A stretch of DNA of 64,000 bases from a virus: positions 13,573 to 77,572 of the IMG/VR virus record IMGVR_UViG_3300003322_000968, one strand, 5' to 3'. A program made the translations under genes and the position numbers. The notes beneath the pieces were generated by a model. The model was not told the DNA's origin. It searched no databases and saw nothing but the letters and a program-made list of their open reading frames with translations. Positions 62,160 to 64,000 of the stretch are shown in pieces (position 1 is the stretch's first letter; each line of letters begins with the position of its first letter).

Positions 62160-62590
62160 TATACTCTAATTAATAGTTACTTAATACTATTCCTTTACTT
62201 ATTCTTCGATCCTATTCTTCAGCCTTAACAACTTCTAGAGGAGAGGCAGAGATGGCAGTCCAATTCCTAAAGAGCGTTTGAAGCTCTCAGGAATTGTGCA
62301 AATAATTTCTTCCGTCGGGTCGGCGTCGAAGTACTTGCCACCAGACCTTTTGAGTCTGGAACGGGCGCTTGGGCTGTCTCCCTTCATTCTCCCGTCATTC
62401 CCCTGACAACACCGTAAAGAACCCTGTCGGGTAAAGAACCGGCTCTAGTCATTAACCTAGATACCTGCCAGGTAGTTAAGCTCGGAGTAGCTGGGCATAA
62501 AAAAGCCCGCACAATTCAGGTGTGCAGGCGGGTGATACTTTTTTAAGGTATAACCCGAATAGCTACCTGAATTAACTAATCGGATCGAGT

Positions 62591-62644
62591 TACACCTAAT
62601 GTAATGGGGAAAATCCTGAAACCACCAAAAAAAGGATAAGTTTT
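62591..62644 (-). promoter_or_regulatory. Third copy of the bipartite promoter-like motif
   Basis: AAAACTTATCC-N29-TTACATTAGGTGTAA, pointing into a ~430-nt ORF-free structured region. Confidence 0.7.
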
Positions 62645-63410
62645 TACAGAGAAAAACCTTTAATTAAACACTAATTAATTGATATAGAGGAGGAAAAAAG
62701 TTTCAATTATTTTCTGGAGCGGGACGATCATAAGTGGCCTCGAAGTCTTTTATGCATTTTATTGCATTCTTATATGATTGCCGCTGTTCGGGAGTGAGAA
62801 CCTCCAGCCCATCATATTCTCTTACAAGCTGAATTGCGGCATGATAAGATAAATGGTTTACATGATGATTAAGTTCGCTAATTAGTTTCTCGTTTATCCG
62901 CTGTTTTTTTAATAAAAGCCAATATAATAACCAAAGTGGTATTAATGCGAATAGCTGAATCGCAAGCGTTATGAAGAATTCTGTTGTTTTATTCATATAT
63001 ACCCTTACTTTTAGTTTCAAATTCATGTATTAGCTCACGGCAAAAATGAAAATATTCTTGTTCCTCGGTTGTTAATTCCCGGCTTTTTGCTTTTTCGGTC
63101 ATATCACCAACAATATACTTGGCAACTTTATAAATAAAGGAATTGTGGTTTATGGCAATTTCTCTGACCATGGGGGCTATAATCGACATTCCTTTTTGAA
63201 GCTTAATTATTTTGCGATTCTGAATAAATTGCGTACATGCCAATGCAATGATCGCAGCGCCTAAAAATAGAACTACAGGAAAATCCATATAAAATATTTG
63301 TTCAATAAAATTAAATTACTATATTTGGTCTTAGGATAAGGTTTAATGGTTAATGGTATTTGATTAGTGCAGGCTCTTCCCAAATCGCGACCGGGGAGAG
63401 CTTTTTTATT

Positions 63411-63809
63411 TTATCCCATCGGTTTATATTCCCCGTAAATATCATTCACTTTATCGCTTTGCCAGTATTCATGCGTATCTACATCCATGATCGTTAGTTT
63501 ACCTTTTGAGCCGGCGCCAGTATCAATATTCCAAATAATGTCAGCATGCATGGGCGGGCAATCGTCGTTAGCATAAGGGATTAATACATGGCTACCAGGA
63601 ACCTTTTTAAATTGGGTCCAGTGAATGGTAGCAGTATGGCCAATAAAGATCTCAGTAAGATTTTCCTTGAATTTTAGTTTCTGGCCATCACTTACGCTTA
63701 AGGCCTGATCCCATAATTCCCGATTCCAATAAAAATACAAATCGTCTACCTTTCTTTCTTTATTCTCTGCAAGCGTTAGACTCCTAATAAAGCCTCCGTG
63801 AACAAACAA
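63411..63809 (-). CDS. Metallophosphoesterase (Ser/Thr phosphatase-like), C-terminal part; true start probably further upstream
   Basis: 'FVHGG', 'WNR', 'IFIGHT', 'IDTGAG' motifs. Confidence 0.75.
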   Translation of the reverse strand: MFVHGGFIRSLTLAENKERKVDDLYFYWNRELWDQALSVSDGQKLKFKENLTEIFIGHTATIHWTQFKKVPGSHVLIPYANDDCPPMHADIIWNIDTGAGSKGKLTIMDVDTHEYWQSDKVNDIYGEYKPMG

Positions 63810-64000
63810 TTTATTCTGTGCATCTTTATAATACAGCTGCTGGTTATAGAAGAATTCCCGATGCGCTGGAGGAATATCTTCGAATTCAATAGGTATATGA
63901 AAAATACGCTTCCTGCGACCACTAGCGGACCAGGCCCATTTTTCGTGATAATCAAATTCATCCTTTCCGGCGGCCCTTAAGTATGATCTTGCAGTGCCGA

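Overview
A 64-kb segment of a temperate Bacteroidota phage with podovirus/crAss-like virion gene organisation, standard genetic code. Layout: (1) 1-26.5 kb, + strand: tail and ejection proteins, a 1817-aa polyvalent protein, terminase, portal, scaffold, major capsid, beta-helix spike and lysis genes. (2) 26.5-37 kb: apparently intact attP, tyrosine integrase, CI/Cro-like switch, recombination and replication genes. (3) 38-45 kb: about 18 small minus-strand genes, each preceded by the same hairpin + U-tract + AAACACTyrTATG motif, behind a structured ~550-nt leader. (4) 45-64 kb: many small accessory genes, two atypical tRNA-like genes and a methyltransferase. The standout is at 55.3-58.3 kb: a 373-aa Cas12f/TnpB-like protein with its RuvC catalytic residues replaced and its zinc ribbon/RuvC-III missing. 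It is followed by a boxA-like site, a candidate tracrRNA anti-repeat and a 24-repeat CRISPR array (36-nt repeats, ~30-nt spacers), with no cas1/cas2 in the window. Old repeats keep only the tracr-pairing half. One spacer matches the phage's own genome 29/30, 145 bp upstream of the effector gene. This fits a phage-encoded, multiplexed, non-cutting RNA-guided DNA-binding (regulatory) system. All family assignments come from motif recognition by eye; no database searches were run.
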